A DNA stretch of 64,000 bases from Octopus vulgaris (Eukaryota): positions 207,948,001 through 208,012,000 of the forward strand of contig OX597815.1 of assembly GCA_951406725.2 (NCBI GenBank), in the 5' to 3' direction. Below, piece by piece: positions 27,495 to 41,451 of the stretch (the stretch's first letter is position 1; each line of letters begins with the position of its first letter). The notes below the pieces were generated by a model. The model was given only the letters and a program-made list of their open reading frames with translations, did not search any database and was not told the origin of the DNA. Position numbers and translations under genes: made by a program.

Positions 27495-28497
27495 TATATA
27501 TTTATTTATATATATGTTTGTCTATACATGTAGTTGAAATTTACAGAAAAACAAAAGGCAAAGACAGGTGTATAAACAACAAGCAGGTGTATTTAGTTTA
27601 ACACACACACACACACATAAAATATCTAAATATCTGACAAGATTGTATTGCAGGCATTACAGATTTATACTAAACCAAGCTTAATAATTAACTGTTAATT
27701 AGAATGATGAATTAACTGGTAATTGAACTGACACAAAGACAAACAACCTAGTTCCTATCGCAAAATCAATGTAAAACTGGAAAATAAGCGAGATCTGAAA
27801 ACTATCTCGACTCACGTTGAAGACAAACATTTTGAATACTTGAGAATTAATAAACAATTTTATTAAACAATAGCAACAACATTCTTCTATTGAATGGCTT
27901 TGTTTTTCTAAGAGGAGAAGCAGAAGTGCTCCTTGACTTGTATAAATAAACGAGGTTAATCCAATTGACATTTATTTTATTACCTGTTAATGTAAGGTGG
28001 GGGGGGAATCTACATTTATTGAAAGTGCAGGCATGGCTGTGTGGTTAAGAAGTTTGCTTTGAAATCACATGGTCTTGGGGGTTCAGTCCCATTGTGTAGC
28101 ACCTTCTACTATAGCTCTGAGCCATTCAAAAGCCTCACAAGTGGATTTTGTAGATGGAAACTGAAAGAAGCCTGTCATATATTTTCCTTGAATCTTTTAG
28201 CTGTTTTAGTCATTGGACTGTAGCTATGCTGGGACCCCACCTTCAAGGGTCTGGTCAAACAAACCCACTCCTATAGGGTTTTTCAAGCCTGGTACTTATT
28301 CTTTCAGTTACTTTTGCTCAGCCACTAATTTGTGAGGACATAAACAAACCAACATGTTTTTAAAACAATTCCTAATAATATTTAGTGATAAAAATATAAT
28401 ACCATTTTTTAAAGATGGCGTCCAGTAGAGTAAAATAGGAATCAAAGGGCTTCATAGGCAAAAAAAATGGTTGAGAACCCCTGGTCTAGTGTAATTA

Positions 28498-29063
28498 TTG
28501 GGTTGTCTGGAAAGTTCATGCCAATTTTTAAAGGTAAGAAAAAGGTCAATAAATACTTGCTATTGCATTTTTCATCAATCAAATATGAACCTTTTTATTG
28601 CACAATGCATCTCCATCTTTCCTTTAACTTGAAAATACCCTCTTCCCAGAATTGAGGTGGTTTCATGGCAAAGAATTCATCAAGGTATCTTTTTAGGTCA
28701 TCAAAGGAATTGAAATTTTTACCATTAAGACTATTCTGCACAGACCTGAATAAGTGGAAATCCGAAGGAGCAATATCTGGTGAATATGGAGGGTTGGGTA
28801 ACACATCCTTGCCAAGCTGCAGCAATTTTTGTCTGGTTCCTAAAGCATCAAGTGCCGAAAATGAACTTTCTGACCTTCCACTTTAAAGGGTTACAGAATT
28901 AACACAGGTTATAGGAACATAAACCTTCTTCCATGAAAAGATAGCTTAAACTGTGCTCTAAATGGAGGTGTAGTCAAATCCTATTTTATGGACTCAACCA
29001 TGTTCTAAAATAAGTCGAAAGGTAAGCTACTATAAATAGGCACAAACTTTCCGGACAACCCAA
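28498..29063 (-). mobile_element. Internally deleted mariner transposon
   Basis: TA-flanked TIRs ttgggttgtctggaaagtt / aactttccggacaacccaa. Minus-strand ORF with PPYSPDIAPSDFHLF and GIFKLKERW, the mariner C-terminal catalytic motif. Confidence 0.9.
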
Positions 29064-29959
29064 TACTTCTACAATAAAAAAGAAACTTAATTTTTAGAGA
29101 TACATTATGATTAACTATGGAGAAAAATCCAAGTTCTCTATGAAGGTTTATCATAGTTTGATAGGGTTTCATTTGGTTTTCTTGACATACATGATGTCTG
29201 TGATTTGAAACTTAAACAAAACTAAGATTTTAAAGTTCCTATTTCAAGACAAATAACAGTTTTTTTTTTTACACATCTGATGTCTCTTAGTTGACAGTTA
29301 ATACAAGGGAGATAATCATTTCTTATTCAACAACAATGTGCAGGCTTGACCAGAGAAATTAAGTTCATGTATGAACAATGGCTATTCTAGACAAAGATGA
29401 AGTATGATGATGTCCATACTCAATGAAAAGAAAAACAGAGGTGAATTAAGAGTAAGGTGTTTTGTTTTTTTTTACTTAAACCAGACCTGATCAAGCAGAC
29501 CCATGATCAAAAGCTCTCTGGCCATGCCCATCTAATCATCTGTTCAGATACAGTGTATCTTAGACCATATTATGCAAAGTTTTCTTTCTTTTTATGTGAT
29601 TTGAGGAACATTTGACTGCTATCTCTAGCAAGTCAAGTGACCTTCTAAAGATACCCTGTGCAACATTATTGACCAGTGCTGCAAATGACCAGCTGGATGC
29701 CCTTCCTAACGCCAACCACTCCGTGAGTGCAGTGGGTACTTTTTACGTGCCACCGGCACAGGTACCAGGCGAGGCTGGCCACGATCAGTTGGTGCTTTTT
29801 ATGTGCCACCGGCATAGAAGCCAGTTAAGGCAGCGCTGGCATCAGCCATGTTTGGCTGGTGCTTTTTACATGCCACTGGCACAGGTATCACAACTACAAT
29901 TTTCATTTGATTTTTTGATGTTGATGTACTTGACTCAATAGGTCTCCTCAACAAAATTT

Positions 29960-30760
29960 AATGCGTGCACAAGAGGCTGCAAACCATGCACTCTGTTGAT
30001 GGTATTGCTTTGCTAAGCCATCATGTAGAAAGACTGCACAGGAAATAACATCTACTTTAAATACTAATACAGAAAAGTCGAACTTTGCATCACCTGCGAG
30101 AAGATCAATATTATGTCCACCAATTTATATCTATATCTATCTTATCAAGATTGGAAATATGAAGACCTCTATCTTGGAACAAAATTTCCTGTAAAAGTGA
30201 TATAGAAGTTGAAGGCTGCTACAGTAGTTTTCCAGTAACTGCACCACGTATAGGGAAAATTATGTTTTCCAATGGCTGCACAATGTACAGGGAAAATTAT
30301 GCTTTGACATGACCACTTATGGAGCCAAATGCTATCTATGCCTTGAAACATGAAAAAATTCAGATTGCATTTACAACAGACTTGATATTTTTCACAGGTG
30401 CTGTATACAACCAACAATGAGAATTTCTGAGAGACCATGCTATTAATGAAAAAGTTATGTAAAGAGCTCAGATGGAAAATTTTTATCTCCTAGCACTTCT
30501 GTTGCACATGACGAATATTAATTCAACTGGACAGCTATTTCCAGTATCAGTGAATATTTATTCTCTGTTTTCCCATATTGGTGGTGAAACATTTCTTCTT
30601 GGAATGCAAGTGATTGTAAGTACATGCAACTGACAAAGCCCAATGAAGTAGAAATAAAACTATCCTCTCAGTGGACACTGCTAGAGTGATTTGTGTCTGC
30701 TTCTGATACATATATGTTGTATTTTTAACAACACTGGGACAAGATCTTAACTGAAAGTTG
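29960..30760 (+). mobile_element. Decayed RTE-like LINE RT fragment
   Basis: SVDGIALLSH (YADDIALL-like), EKINIM and YLG motifs in broken frames. Confidence 0.5.
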
Positions 30761-30818
30761 CCTATGATGTATTGTTAAGTATGATACACAAAGGACTTTA
30801 CACACACATATGCCCCCC

Positions 30819-30853
<35 letters not shown>

Positions 30854-30857
30854 CATA

Positions 30858-31254
30858 CTAGCAGTATCGCCCGGCGTTGCTCGGGTTTGTAAGGGAAATA
30901 ACTATAAAGCATTTTTAGAGAGTTATAACCAAAAAATAGCAAAAAAATGCATTAAAAATGGAAAAAAAATTATGGTAAATTTTTTTTTAAATCGTTGACT
31001 CATCGTAGACATTTTTAGAGAGTTACTTCCCTTATATAATAGCAAAAAAATGCATTAAAATGGAAAAGAATGATGGTAAATTATTTTTAAAATCGTAGAC
31101 TCATCGTAGACGCGCGCTAATACCCAGAAGGGCTCGATATGAATCACGACTATAAGATACCCGGTTTTGGTTAAACTGCACTGCAAAATGTGGGAGTAGT
31201 TAGGAATCTAAATCGTAGGAGACAGATACACAACCTTACTTTTATATATAAAGA
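30858..31254 (-). mobile_element. Non-autonomous Helitron
   Basis: Same 3' end as the 3713 copy in reverse (ctagcagtatcgcccggcgttgctcggg). 5' TCTTTATATATAAAA. Confidence 0.8.
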
Positions 31255-31308
31255 TATATGTGTATATATATATATTTATATATATATATATATATATGTA
31301 TATGTATG

Positions 31309-31340
<32 letters not shown>

Positions 31341-32989
31341 TGTACATATGTGTGTATGTATGTGTATGCATGTGTGTGTGTGTGTGCACATGGAAACCTA
31401 TTTTGCGTGTATATGTCCACACACATAAAATAGGTTTCCATGCAACTTCTTTCCACTGAATTCACTCACAAGTTGACCCAGGGTGCAGTAGAAGATGCTT
31501 GGCCAAAGTTCTCTGCTATGAGACAGAAATAATAACAACATGATCCTGAAGCAGTTTTCATAACCATATAATCATGCCTGCACCTTTCTGCATAAAACAA
31601 AAACAACAAAAACCTGTAGAATGGTTAAAGACGGCGTATGTAAAGTATATTATGCTGATGAAATCCAATAAGACTAAAACTTGTCCCTAGTTGTCCTTTT
31701 GCCCACAAAAATCAGATTCTTTGCTTAACATGTGAAGTGATTTTGTGAGATTAACTATTAGTTCTACTAAAATTATATCTCTTTTGGAGTTACTAATAGT
31801 TATTACTAGTTTGTTTTTCTTCTGCCGTCTAAGAAAAAGATTTCAATTAATTAAGAATATGTATATATATCATTCTGTACAACTTTTAAATTATCCATCT
31901 AAATGTACATCATTGGCCCACTTGAGTTATTGTTCTTAGCTTAGCTTATTTTTTTAAACTTCCGAATATAGTATCATAGCTTGTGTATCTGTCATGTATG
32001 TAAAGTTCTTAGAACCAGAAATGACATAGAAAGCTGTTACTGCTTTTCAATTTCAAGCAGGTTTTTTTGTTTATCTCTGCATTGTTTCTGAGGATGTATT
32101 GTCTTGTTTTATCCTACTTTTAATGATTATTTTATTAATTCAATAAAGTGTACTCACTTAATTGTTATAAAATTGTTGTTGCTATCAGCTTAATGGCTCT
32201 GTGTTTTTTTTTATGAGACTAAATGTGCTGTGACATGTTTTTTAGTAGTATTTAAGTAATTATTATTTGTTTAATTTCATTAATTTCTGTTTTCTTTACA
32301 CTGTATTAAAGCCTATCGAATAATCTTAACTGAGAAATTACTTTAGAGAAAGAAACAATTGTATCTAGAAAGGCTGTTATGCTTCACAAAGACAGCTATT
32401 AGAGTCATTAGTGTAAACTAACATGGTGTGTGAATTGATTTCTGCCTCTGTTTCAACCACAAATGTAATAGCAATTTCTTAAGGATATACAGTTGTTGTT
32501 GTTGTTGTCGTTATTGTTACTGTTGCTGTTTAGACTCAGGTCAATGCACTTCAAGCATGATTGTAGCATTTCATCTATGACCATCCTATATGTTGTTTGT
32601 TCCGTCTCGAGCCATGCCTGGTTCATAAGGGCCAGTTTCCCGGTTTCCTTGGCGTATAGGTTCCCCCACCTGGATGGGACGCCACTCCATCGCAGGTGAG
32701 CTGCAAGATGCAGGAGGAAAGAGTGAGAGAAAGTTGTGGCGAAAGGGTCAGCAGAAGTTCACCATTACCTTCTGCCGGAGCCGCGTGGAGCTTCGATGTT
32801 TCGCTCATAAACACACACATCGCCCGGTCTGAGATTCGAACCTGCAATCCCTCAATTGCATGTCCGCTGCTCTAACCACTAGGCCATGCACCTCCACACC
32901 GTCCTATATGATTAAAAGTTATTTAACCATAACCATTCCATCCGGGTTTTTTTACAATTGGGATTGCAGTAACTGTTATGTTCTCATTA

Positions 32990-33950
32990 CACTGGTTTAC
33001 AAAGAAATTGAGGCAAACATAAAAAATAATCGTTCTTGCCTAATTTTGGGGCACTGATTTCAGATACAAAACTACTTTCCACTTATCACCTCTAGTCTTT
33101 GAGATATACATTATTATGTTTTTGCAACAATTCACGTAACCATATAAATGGTCAATCTTTATTTTGTTTCCCAGAATTTTGTAATACATATGATGCATAT
33201 CTCTACAATAGATTCAGGCACTTCAAAACATCGAGGAAGCATCAACAAGGCAAATTCATTCTGCTATGTGTGTAGGGATTTCATGAGAGTTGCACATCAT
33301 CGTTTAACGTCCGTTTTCCGCGCTAGCATGGGTTGGACGGTTCGACCGGGGTCTGGGAAGCCAGAAGGCTGCACCAGGTTCCAGTCTGATCTGGCAGAGT
33401 TTCTACAGCTGGATGCCCTTCCTAATGCCAACCACTCCGCAAGTGTAGTGGGTGCTTTTTACGTGCCACCTGCACAGGTTCCAGGGGAGTCCGGCATCGG
33501 CCACGATCGGTTGGAGCTTTTAACGTGCCACCGGCACGGAAGCCAGCCAACGCGGTGCTGGTAACGGCCACGTTCGGATGGTGCTTTTTATGTGCCACCG
33601 GCACAGAAGCACAGTGCTGAACACTTACTTCCCTCTGGAGAACTGCTTACTTTCATTGTTTTGATTGTAAAATTGGAGATCGGGACAAATTCTGGGCTCC
33701 ACACATCTGTTGCAAACCCTGTTACAATGAACTAACTGCATGGTTTAACAGTAAGGAAGCAGCCTTCAACTTTGCTGTCCCAATAGTCTGAGAGAGCCAG
33801 GAAATCAGGCAGATGATTGTTATTTTGTCTAACAAATATAACAGGTTTCAATGCTTCTTCTAGAAAAAAAATTAAAATATCCCAACCTTCCCTTAGCTAT
33901 GAGACCCATTCCCCACTCAGATGATCTCCCTGTCCCTACACTCCCAGCAA
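32990..33950 (+). mobile_element. Chapaev3-like (CMC) DNA transposon 5' remnant interrupted by a SINE
   Basis: Starts CACTGG. Decayed frames INKANSFCYVCRDF...KIGDRDKFWAPHICCKPC...FAVPIV/REP..ADDCYF/LTNITG..YPNLPLAMRPIPH. Family assignment from memory of this Cys-rich N-terminus. Confidence 0.65.
33296..33610 (-). mobile_element. SINE family C inserted in the Chapaev3-like transposase remnant
   Basis: Splits the transposase frame. gcaca on both sides. Confidence 0.75.
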
Positions 33951-34214
33951 ATAAGGATCTTCTTCTTTCATCAGATGAAGAAATGCTTTAACAAATTCCA
34001 GCCACCAACCCACATCTATTTCCACCCTATGGTAATATTTCCCATTGGTTGGACATATTTTCATGGAAGATCAGATACAAAGGATACTGTTTGTAACCGC
34101 TGCATTATTTCAAGACAAGGAGGAACAAACAGACCCACACCAACTTATACATATGCATACACACACATACATGCACACACACACACATACTTGCACACAT
34201 ATATAAATATTTAA

Positions 34215-34295
34215 GGCTCTGATGAAGCTCTAGGATGTTATTCAGGCACTTGACTCTCAGTCCACTGCATCTAATTGCAGAAACAGCTGTAAGCT
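34215..34295 (+). ncRNA. Type I hammerhead ribozyme motif, canonical core, in a Penelope-pLTR-like fragment
   Basis: ggct-CTGATGA-(long stem II with gatg/catc)-GAAA-CAGCTG-TA-agct. Palindromic stem III ACAGCTGT, GUA cleavage triplet, 4-bp stem I. Confidence 0.6.
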
Positions 34296-34488
34296 AATGA
34301 AATGCATAAGATAATCATTTATTCCTTTGTCACCTCATTTTCTTATATAAATATATCATCATCACCATCGTTTAACCTCTGCTTTCCATGCTAGCATGGG
34401 TTGGACGATTTGACTGAGGTCTGGCGAACCAGACTCCACTCTGATCTGGCAGAGTTTCAACAGCTGGATGCCCTTCCTAAATGTAAAT

Positions 34489-34525
<37 letters not shown>

Positions 34526-36765
34526 CGTATGTATATACATACATAAATGATAGGCCTCTTTCAATAAAATCCACTGACAAGCTTTTGTTCACCTGGGGCT
34601 ATAGTAAAAAACATTTTCTCAAAGTGCCATACAGCAGGACTGAACTCACAACTACTTGGTTGGGAAAGAAACTTCATAACTTGCACTGCAATGCCTGTGT
34701 CAGATGTGAACAGACAAAAGCAATTACAAAGCAAAGGATTAAATACAATTTTTCTTAATTAGAAAAAATAGAAACAAAATCCCAGTGGTTGGGCAATATC
34801 TTGCATTAGTAATGTGTAAGACCTAGCAGAGTGTGATGCAGCACCAAAGTAAAACAAGCCTGGCTGTGGAATAAGGAATTAATTCTCAGATTATAATTAA
34901 CTTGAGATAATTGGAAGGAACCACTGAAACAGAATATAATCATTTGTGGTATTTACTTATTAAATGAGATCAATATAAGGGTGTGTTTATGAGAACTAAT
35001 TGAAATGAGTGATTAAATAATTAGTAATTATATAATTAAATAATTAATAATTCAATAAGTAATTAAATAAATAAAAGATATAGATATAAATATAGAGAAT
35101 AAATGGTTAAATAAATAATTAAATAATTAAATGAATAAATGTATCTAAGTGACTGGATAATTAAATGAATATATAGTTAATTGAATAAGGAGATAGTTGC
35201 ATAATTAAATAACAAAGAAATTTATTAATTAGGGATAAGTTAGAGGTACATTTAGTGAGTAGATTAGAGATAAATATGTGAAAGGATTTGAGGACATCAT
35301 CTGAAGTTATATGAAATATAATACAAAAGTTGGGCTCAGGTTTCTACCCAGCTACTTCTCCTTAGCCACGTATCTACTCTAAAGCAAAAATCTGTGATTG
35401 TCTCTGGCACAAAACCACCTTTCTCTCCATTCAAATACTCCACCTCTTAGTTGAGGGATCCTTTTATTTTTTCTTTCTTTGTTCTTTTCTTGTTCTTTTT
35501 CTTATTTCTTTATTGCCCACAAGGGGCTAAACATAGAGGGGACAAACAAGGACAGAAAAAGGAATTGAGTCAATTACATTGACCCCAGTGCGCAACTGGT
35601 ACTTATTTTATCGATCCCGAAAGGATGAAAGGCAAAGTCGACCTCGGCGGAATTTGAACTCAGAATGTAATGGCAGAGGAAATACCGCCAAGCATCTTGC
35701 CCAGTGTACTATCGTTTCTGCCAGATCGCTGCCTTTTCTTGTTCTTTTTCTGTTTTGCAAGTTACTTAGCAAACCCCTTAATGCTGGTGGCACAAAAGAA
35801 ACAAAAAAGCCCGCCAAATATATTCTGGTAAGTGGTTGGCGTTAAGAAGGGCATCCAGTTGTAGAAACCATACAAAAGTTGACAATGAACATGATGCAAC
35901 CCTCTGGCTCACTGAACCCTACCAAAGCCTCCAACCTATACAAGCATGGAAAATGAACATTAAATGATGATGATGATGGTGATGATGATCTGTAATGAAA
36001 TGTCAGCTTTGCACCTTTGCAGCCCCAGACATTCATGATATATGCATAGTATAAGTATAAGCGCATACACCAAAGGTGAAATGGAAGTAAGAACACCAAA
36101 GGTTCCCAACCACATGGTTCTGGGTTCAGTCCCCACTGCATGGCACCTTGGGCAAATGTCTTCTACTATAGCCTCAGACCAACCAAAGCCTTGTGAGTGG
36201 ATTTAGTAGACAGAAACTGAAAAAAGCCTATTGTGTGTGTGTGTGTGTGTGTGTGTGTTCCATCACTATCACTTGACAACTAATGATGGTGTGTTTACAT
36301 CCCCGTAACTTAGCAATTCAGCAAAAGAAACTGACAGAATAAACACAAGGCTTACAAAAAATAAGTCCTGGGGTTGATTTCTTTGACTAGAGGTGGTGCT
36401 CTGGCGTGGCTGCAATCAAATGACTGAAACAAATGGAAGAATGTGTGCAATTTCTTAACTAAATACTGCATATTGAGCTTGAAGGTCTGGATATTAGATG
36501 CCTACGAAATTTGAATACAAGAATGCTTGAGAATTCAAAATGCCTCCCGATGTAGATCAAGTATGTAAAATTATGCTTGTAAAATCGAAACAATAATTAT
36601 AAGCATTAAATTAGCTGCAATATCAATTGAAATACAAATATGCAGCCTGTAGATTCAAGTCTTATAGATTTGAATATATTGTTATGAAGGCTCAAAGAAG
36701 ATATACTCACTATTGCAGCCTCAAGTTTATTGAAGAAGATCGGTTGCTTAACTCTTTTTAATACC

Positions 36766-36999
36766 TATTTCTTTATTACCCACTGGGGGGCTAAACACAG
36801 AGGGGACAAACAAGGACAGACATAGGTATTAAGTCGATTACATCGACCCCAGTGCGTAACTGGTATTTAATTTTTCGACCCCGAAAAGATGAAAGGCAAA
36901 GTCGACCTCGGCGGAATTTGAACTCAGAACGTAACGGCAGACGAAATACCGCTAAGCATTTCTCCCAGCGTGCTAACGTTTCTGCCAGCTCGCCGCCTT
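36766..36999 (-). mobile_element. SINE family B (young)
   Basis: Full-length copy, flanked by atacc repeats. Confidence 0.85.
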
Positions 37000-37334
37000 A
37001 TATACCAATCCACCAGTATCTTTTTAATACCAACCCACCAGTCTTAGATGGGTTGGTATAAAAGTTTTATGACTATTTCAGACTCCATTTCAATAATGAG
37101 AAAGCTATTTTATTATATTCTTCATTATTTTAAAAATTCAATGAAACAAAGTCAGTTATGTCAACAGAACTATGAAAACTAAAGGGTTAAGTATATATGT
37201 AAGGCTTTGGTTCGGTCTTATACTACAAATTTGAAAGTATGCCTGAATGAATGAACTGATCATGGTCTAGTGTCATAACCACTATTTTAAAGTCACTGAA
37301 TATGTCTATTTAGACTTCTCTATATGTTTTATAG

Positions 37335-37658
37335 TGAGGGCACATGGCTTAGTGGTTAGGGTATTCGGCTCATGATCGTAAGGTTGTGAGTTTGATTCCC
37401 GGCGACATGTTGTGCCCTTCAGCAAGACACTTTATTTCACATTGCTCCAGTCCACTCAGCTGGCAAAAATGAGTAGTACCTGTATTTTAAAGGGCCAGCC
37501 TTGTCACACTCTGTGTCACGCTGAATTTCCCTGAGAACTACATTAAGGGTACACATGTCTGTGGAGTGCTCAGCCACTTGCACGTTAATTTCATGAGCAA
37601 GCTGTTCCATTGACTGTATCAGCTGGGACCCTCGTTGTCGTAACTGACAGAGTGCTCC
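37335..37658 (+). mobile_element. tRNA/CORE SINE sharing tail type 1 with the 56618 element
   Basis: gccttgtcacactctgtgtcacgctgaat...gtcgtaactgacagagtgct tail. Confidence 0.75.
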
Positions 37659-37767
37659 TATATGTTTTATAAGGGGTATTAAATTTACATCTAATATAGA
37701 ATAAAATTTTCAAAAAATTTTATCAGTGGCCTGCATATTAAAAAATATGTTTTAAGGTGAAAATTAT

Positions 37768-37938
37768 AAACAACTTATAAATAAGGGTAAAAGAAAGAAT
37801 TCCTATGCCAAATATGCCAAGAAATAGACTTTAAATCGTCAATAATTACATATATATGTGGTTATTGACGATTTAAAGTCTGTTTCTTGGCATATTTGGC
37901 ATAGGAATTTTTCTTTTGCCCTTATTTATAAGTTGTTT
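37768..37938. repeat. Near-perfect palindrome, about 85-bp arms, no loop
   Basis: Arms mirror around acatatatatgt. 4 substitutions and 1 indel. Confidence 0.85.
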
Positions 37939-38177
37939 TAAAAGGAGTATAAAACAATCACAATGAAAGAAATTATTATAAAATATATGAAATATTCATA
38001 AACGTTTATAATAAAAGAAATCATTATGTTGATTGATGGACTGCCTATGGTTGTTTTATAATCATGTGCATTACTCTCTAACTGTTTGGAATTCTAAAGG
38101 CTATTAATAAAAATTCCAGAATCCCTTGCACCAATAAGAAAACAATGAACTCATAAAGGATGGGAATCAACAAATTT

Positions 38178-38554
38178 TTACTCTTTACTCTTTTACTTGT
38201 TGCAGTCATTTGATTGTGGCCATGCTGGAATACAAAAAATTGACCCCAGGACTTATTCTATCGTTCTCTTTTGCTGAACTGCTAAGTGACGGAGACGTAA
38301 ACACACCAGCATCGGTTGTCAAGCGATGTTAGGGGAACAAACACACATACAAACATATACACACACATACATATATATATATAATTTAAAATTGAATAGA
38401 AGGTCTTGAAACCACCAGATGAATGTCCTTAGAAGTGACAAGAAACAATTGTAGTGGATAACTTAATTTATTTGATTTAATTTATATAAAATTTTTTATG
38501 TATTGGATTAAGTCTTTCTTTGTTTGATTTGCATAATAGTGGTTTTGTCTCTAA

Positions 38555-38638
<84 letters not shown>

Positions 38639-38797
38639 TACGACGGGCTTCTTTCAGTTTCCGTCTACCCCAAATCCACTCACAAGGCTTTGGTTGGCCC
38701 GAGGCTATAGTAGAAAACACTTGCTCAAGGTGCAACACAATTGGACTGAAACCAGAACCATGTGGTTGGTTAGCAAGCTACTTACCACATAGCCACT
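38178..38797 (-). mobile_element. SINE family A with pLTR-like insert in its microsatellite
   Basis: Both SINE halves flank the 38383-38540 insert. Confidence 0.8.
38412..38457 (+). ncRNA. Minimal hammerhead-like motif (U4A core change)
   Basis: ccac-CAGATGA-a-tgtc..gaca-a-GAAA-CAATTG-TA-gtgg. Part of a roughly 160 bp insert in the (TA)n of a SINE. Confidence 0.55.
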
Positions 38798-39510
38798 GAT
38801 TTTTTTTTTTATATAAGATTATAAAGTTAGCATTAAAAATGTGTGCAAATAACTAGAAATCAGTTCAGACTGTTTCTTATGAAGAAAACAGTTTGAAAAC
38901 AATATTTCATAAGATTCTCAAGTGCACATCATACAAGATAATGCTTGTATAGTTTTGTAAAGCTTGCTTGTAAAATTTGAGTCAAGCAAATTCATTTCCA
39001 CTTCATTTCAAAGTTTATATTATTGTTTTTGAGACTCCATAGGAAATTTGATCAACCTGTGTCACCGATTTTAAGTTAGTTCTGAAATGAATAAAGATGC
39101 TGAGAAAAGCAAGTTTTAGAACAATTTGGTTTATGATTTTGACGTAAGATTTCTTTTGACACTGGCTCAGTAAATGATATCTTTCTTAGTAAATGAACAT
39201 TTTAATAGACATTGATTTGTGTATGTACAATTACAAGCTGGAGGCTACCAGATAATACAAGAATTGTATAGATTGAATCAGCTATTACGAGACAAAGATT
39301 ATTCTGAATTTGGAATGGTTGAATAAGTTACGTTCATGGAGTTACTATTAAAAATTTTAAAATACACATGATCAGCAATTTAATGACAGTTAAAAAAATC
39401 TTCACCATAGAGCCTGAAACCTGTTGGTTGATAGGGAGGAGACTAAACCAATATATAATTCAACTTATAGTTTTATATTTTACAATGTAATTCCATTGGA
39501 TCTTATATAT

Positions 39511-39731
39511 CTTTTACTCTTTTGCTTGTTTCAGTCATTTGACTGTGGCCATGCTGGAGCACCGCCTTTAGTCGAGCACATTGACCCCAGGACTTACTCT
39601 TTGTAAGCCTAGTACATATTCTATTAGTCTTTTTTGCCGAAACGCTAAGTTACAGGGATGTAAACACACCACCATTGGTTGTCAAGCAATGTTGGGGGGA
39701 CAAACACAGACACACAAACATTTACACACAC

Positions 39732-39775
<44 letters not shown>

Positions 39776-40079
39776 AAAAAATATATATAAAAATACAAAA
39801 TGGGACAAGAACGCAAAACACTCAAATAGACAGCACAAAAAACGGACGGGTTATTCGAAGCCTGTAATCTTTAGACAAGAACCGGATCTTCCTTGCAATT
39901 TCGGCTGATTATATACATATATATGATGGGCCGCTTTCAGTTTCCGTCTACCAAATCCACTCACAAGGCTTTGGTCGGCCCGAGGCTATAGTAGAAGACA
40001 CTTGCTCAATGTGCCACACAGTGGGACTGAACCCGGAACCATGTAGTTCGTAAGCAAGCTACTTACCACACAGCCACTC
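39511..40079 (-). mobile_element. SINE family A with pLTR-like insert in its microsatellite
   Basis: Both halves flank the 39788-39910 insert. Confidence 0.8.
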
Positions 40080-40409
40080 AAACTATTCATTGATCTTATT
40101 ATGTTGTGAAGTATCTTTTGTAATACTGGAAAAGCATCACAAAACACATTTTCAATAATGGAGGGGATAGAGATATGTAAGGATATATTTGTAATGAATT
40201 TGTTTAAGGTATTTTTGAGCAAGTTAAAACGTAATGGAATAACTCCATGGGTTTTCTGAAATTTAAAAACAGCGAATTGTTTTGGCTGAAGTGAAAGTAA
40301 TATGGAGATACTTGATTATTTTAAGATCGGAGCTTGGTGCAGCCATCTGGTTCGTCGGCCCTCAGTCAAATCGTCCAATCCATGCTAGCATGGAAAGCAG
40401 ACGTTAAAC

Positions 40410-40444
<35 letters not shown>

Positions 40445-40647
40445 GATTCTCTCAATACCTGTGAGTTAGACTCCTGAGAAAGCTTACGGAATTTTTTCAG
40501 AAATCCTTCATTTAAAGTTCCTGAATATATGATTATTTACCTATATAATATATACATCCAAGGTTATATACATACGTACAAACAAACACACACACAGAGT
40601 CACACTTATCAAGTGTAATATATATGTATATATATATATACATATGC

Positions 40648-40686
<39 letters not shown>

Positions 40687-40687
40687 C

Positions 40688-40719
<32 letters not shown>

Positions 40720-41451
40720 GTAAATATAATATGCCTATATAAATATGCATCAAATACACACATGCACACACATATATACACACACACAAATATATATATA
40801 CATGATTAATTAGATACTCCACTATCAATATAATATATATATGATGTACACCCAGTTGATTCTTTTAATTTCTAATTTCTACGATCTTATCCTATACTTA
40901 ACATTATTTTATTTCATTTACCCAATATTTAATGCAATACATCATTTTATTATCTTAAAAGGATGCATATGTATGTATATGCATGCATGTATGTATGTAT
41001 GTATGTATGTATGTATGTATGTATGTATGTATGTATGTATGTATGTATGTATGTATGTATGTATGTGTGTACGTGTATGTATGTATGTATGTATGTATGT
41101 GTGTTTGTTTGTTTGTTTGTATGTATATATGTATGTAAATCAGTTTTATCACTGAGTGAAACTTTGAACTGTCAACTATTAATTTAATACTCAACGTATT
41201 TGGTTGTTAATTGATGACTTTTAAAAACCTCTTGATCTGAAATATAAATGTAATGCATTATCCTAACATCAAGCTCATCCACATTTATCTATTTTGATGT
41301 CTTCATACCCACATGCTTTATAAATGAATTTACTAAATCAAATCCATTCTCAGATGTAACATTCTTCAGCTAACTATTTATAAAGTACTTAATTTAGTAT
41401 GAAATTTTTACATTGGATGGTTAAATATATATTGTGTAAATGTCCTTAATA

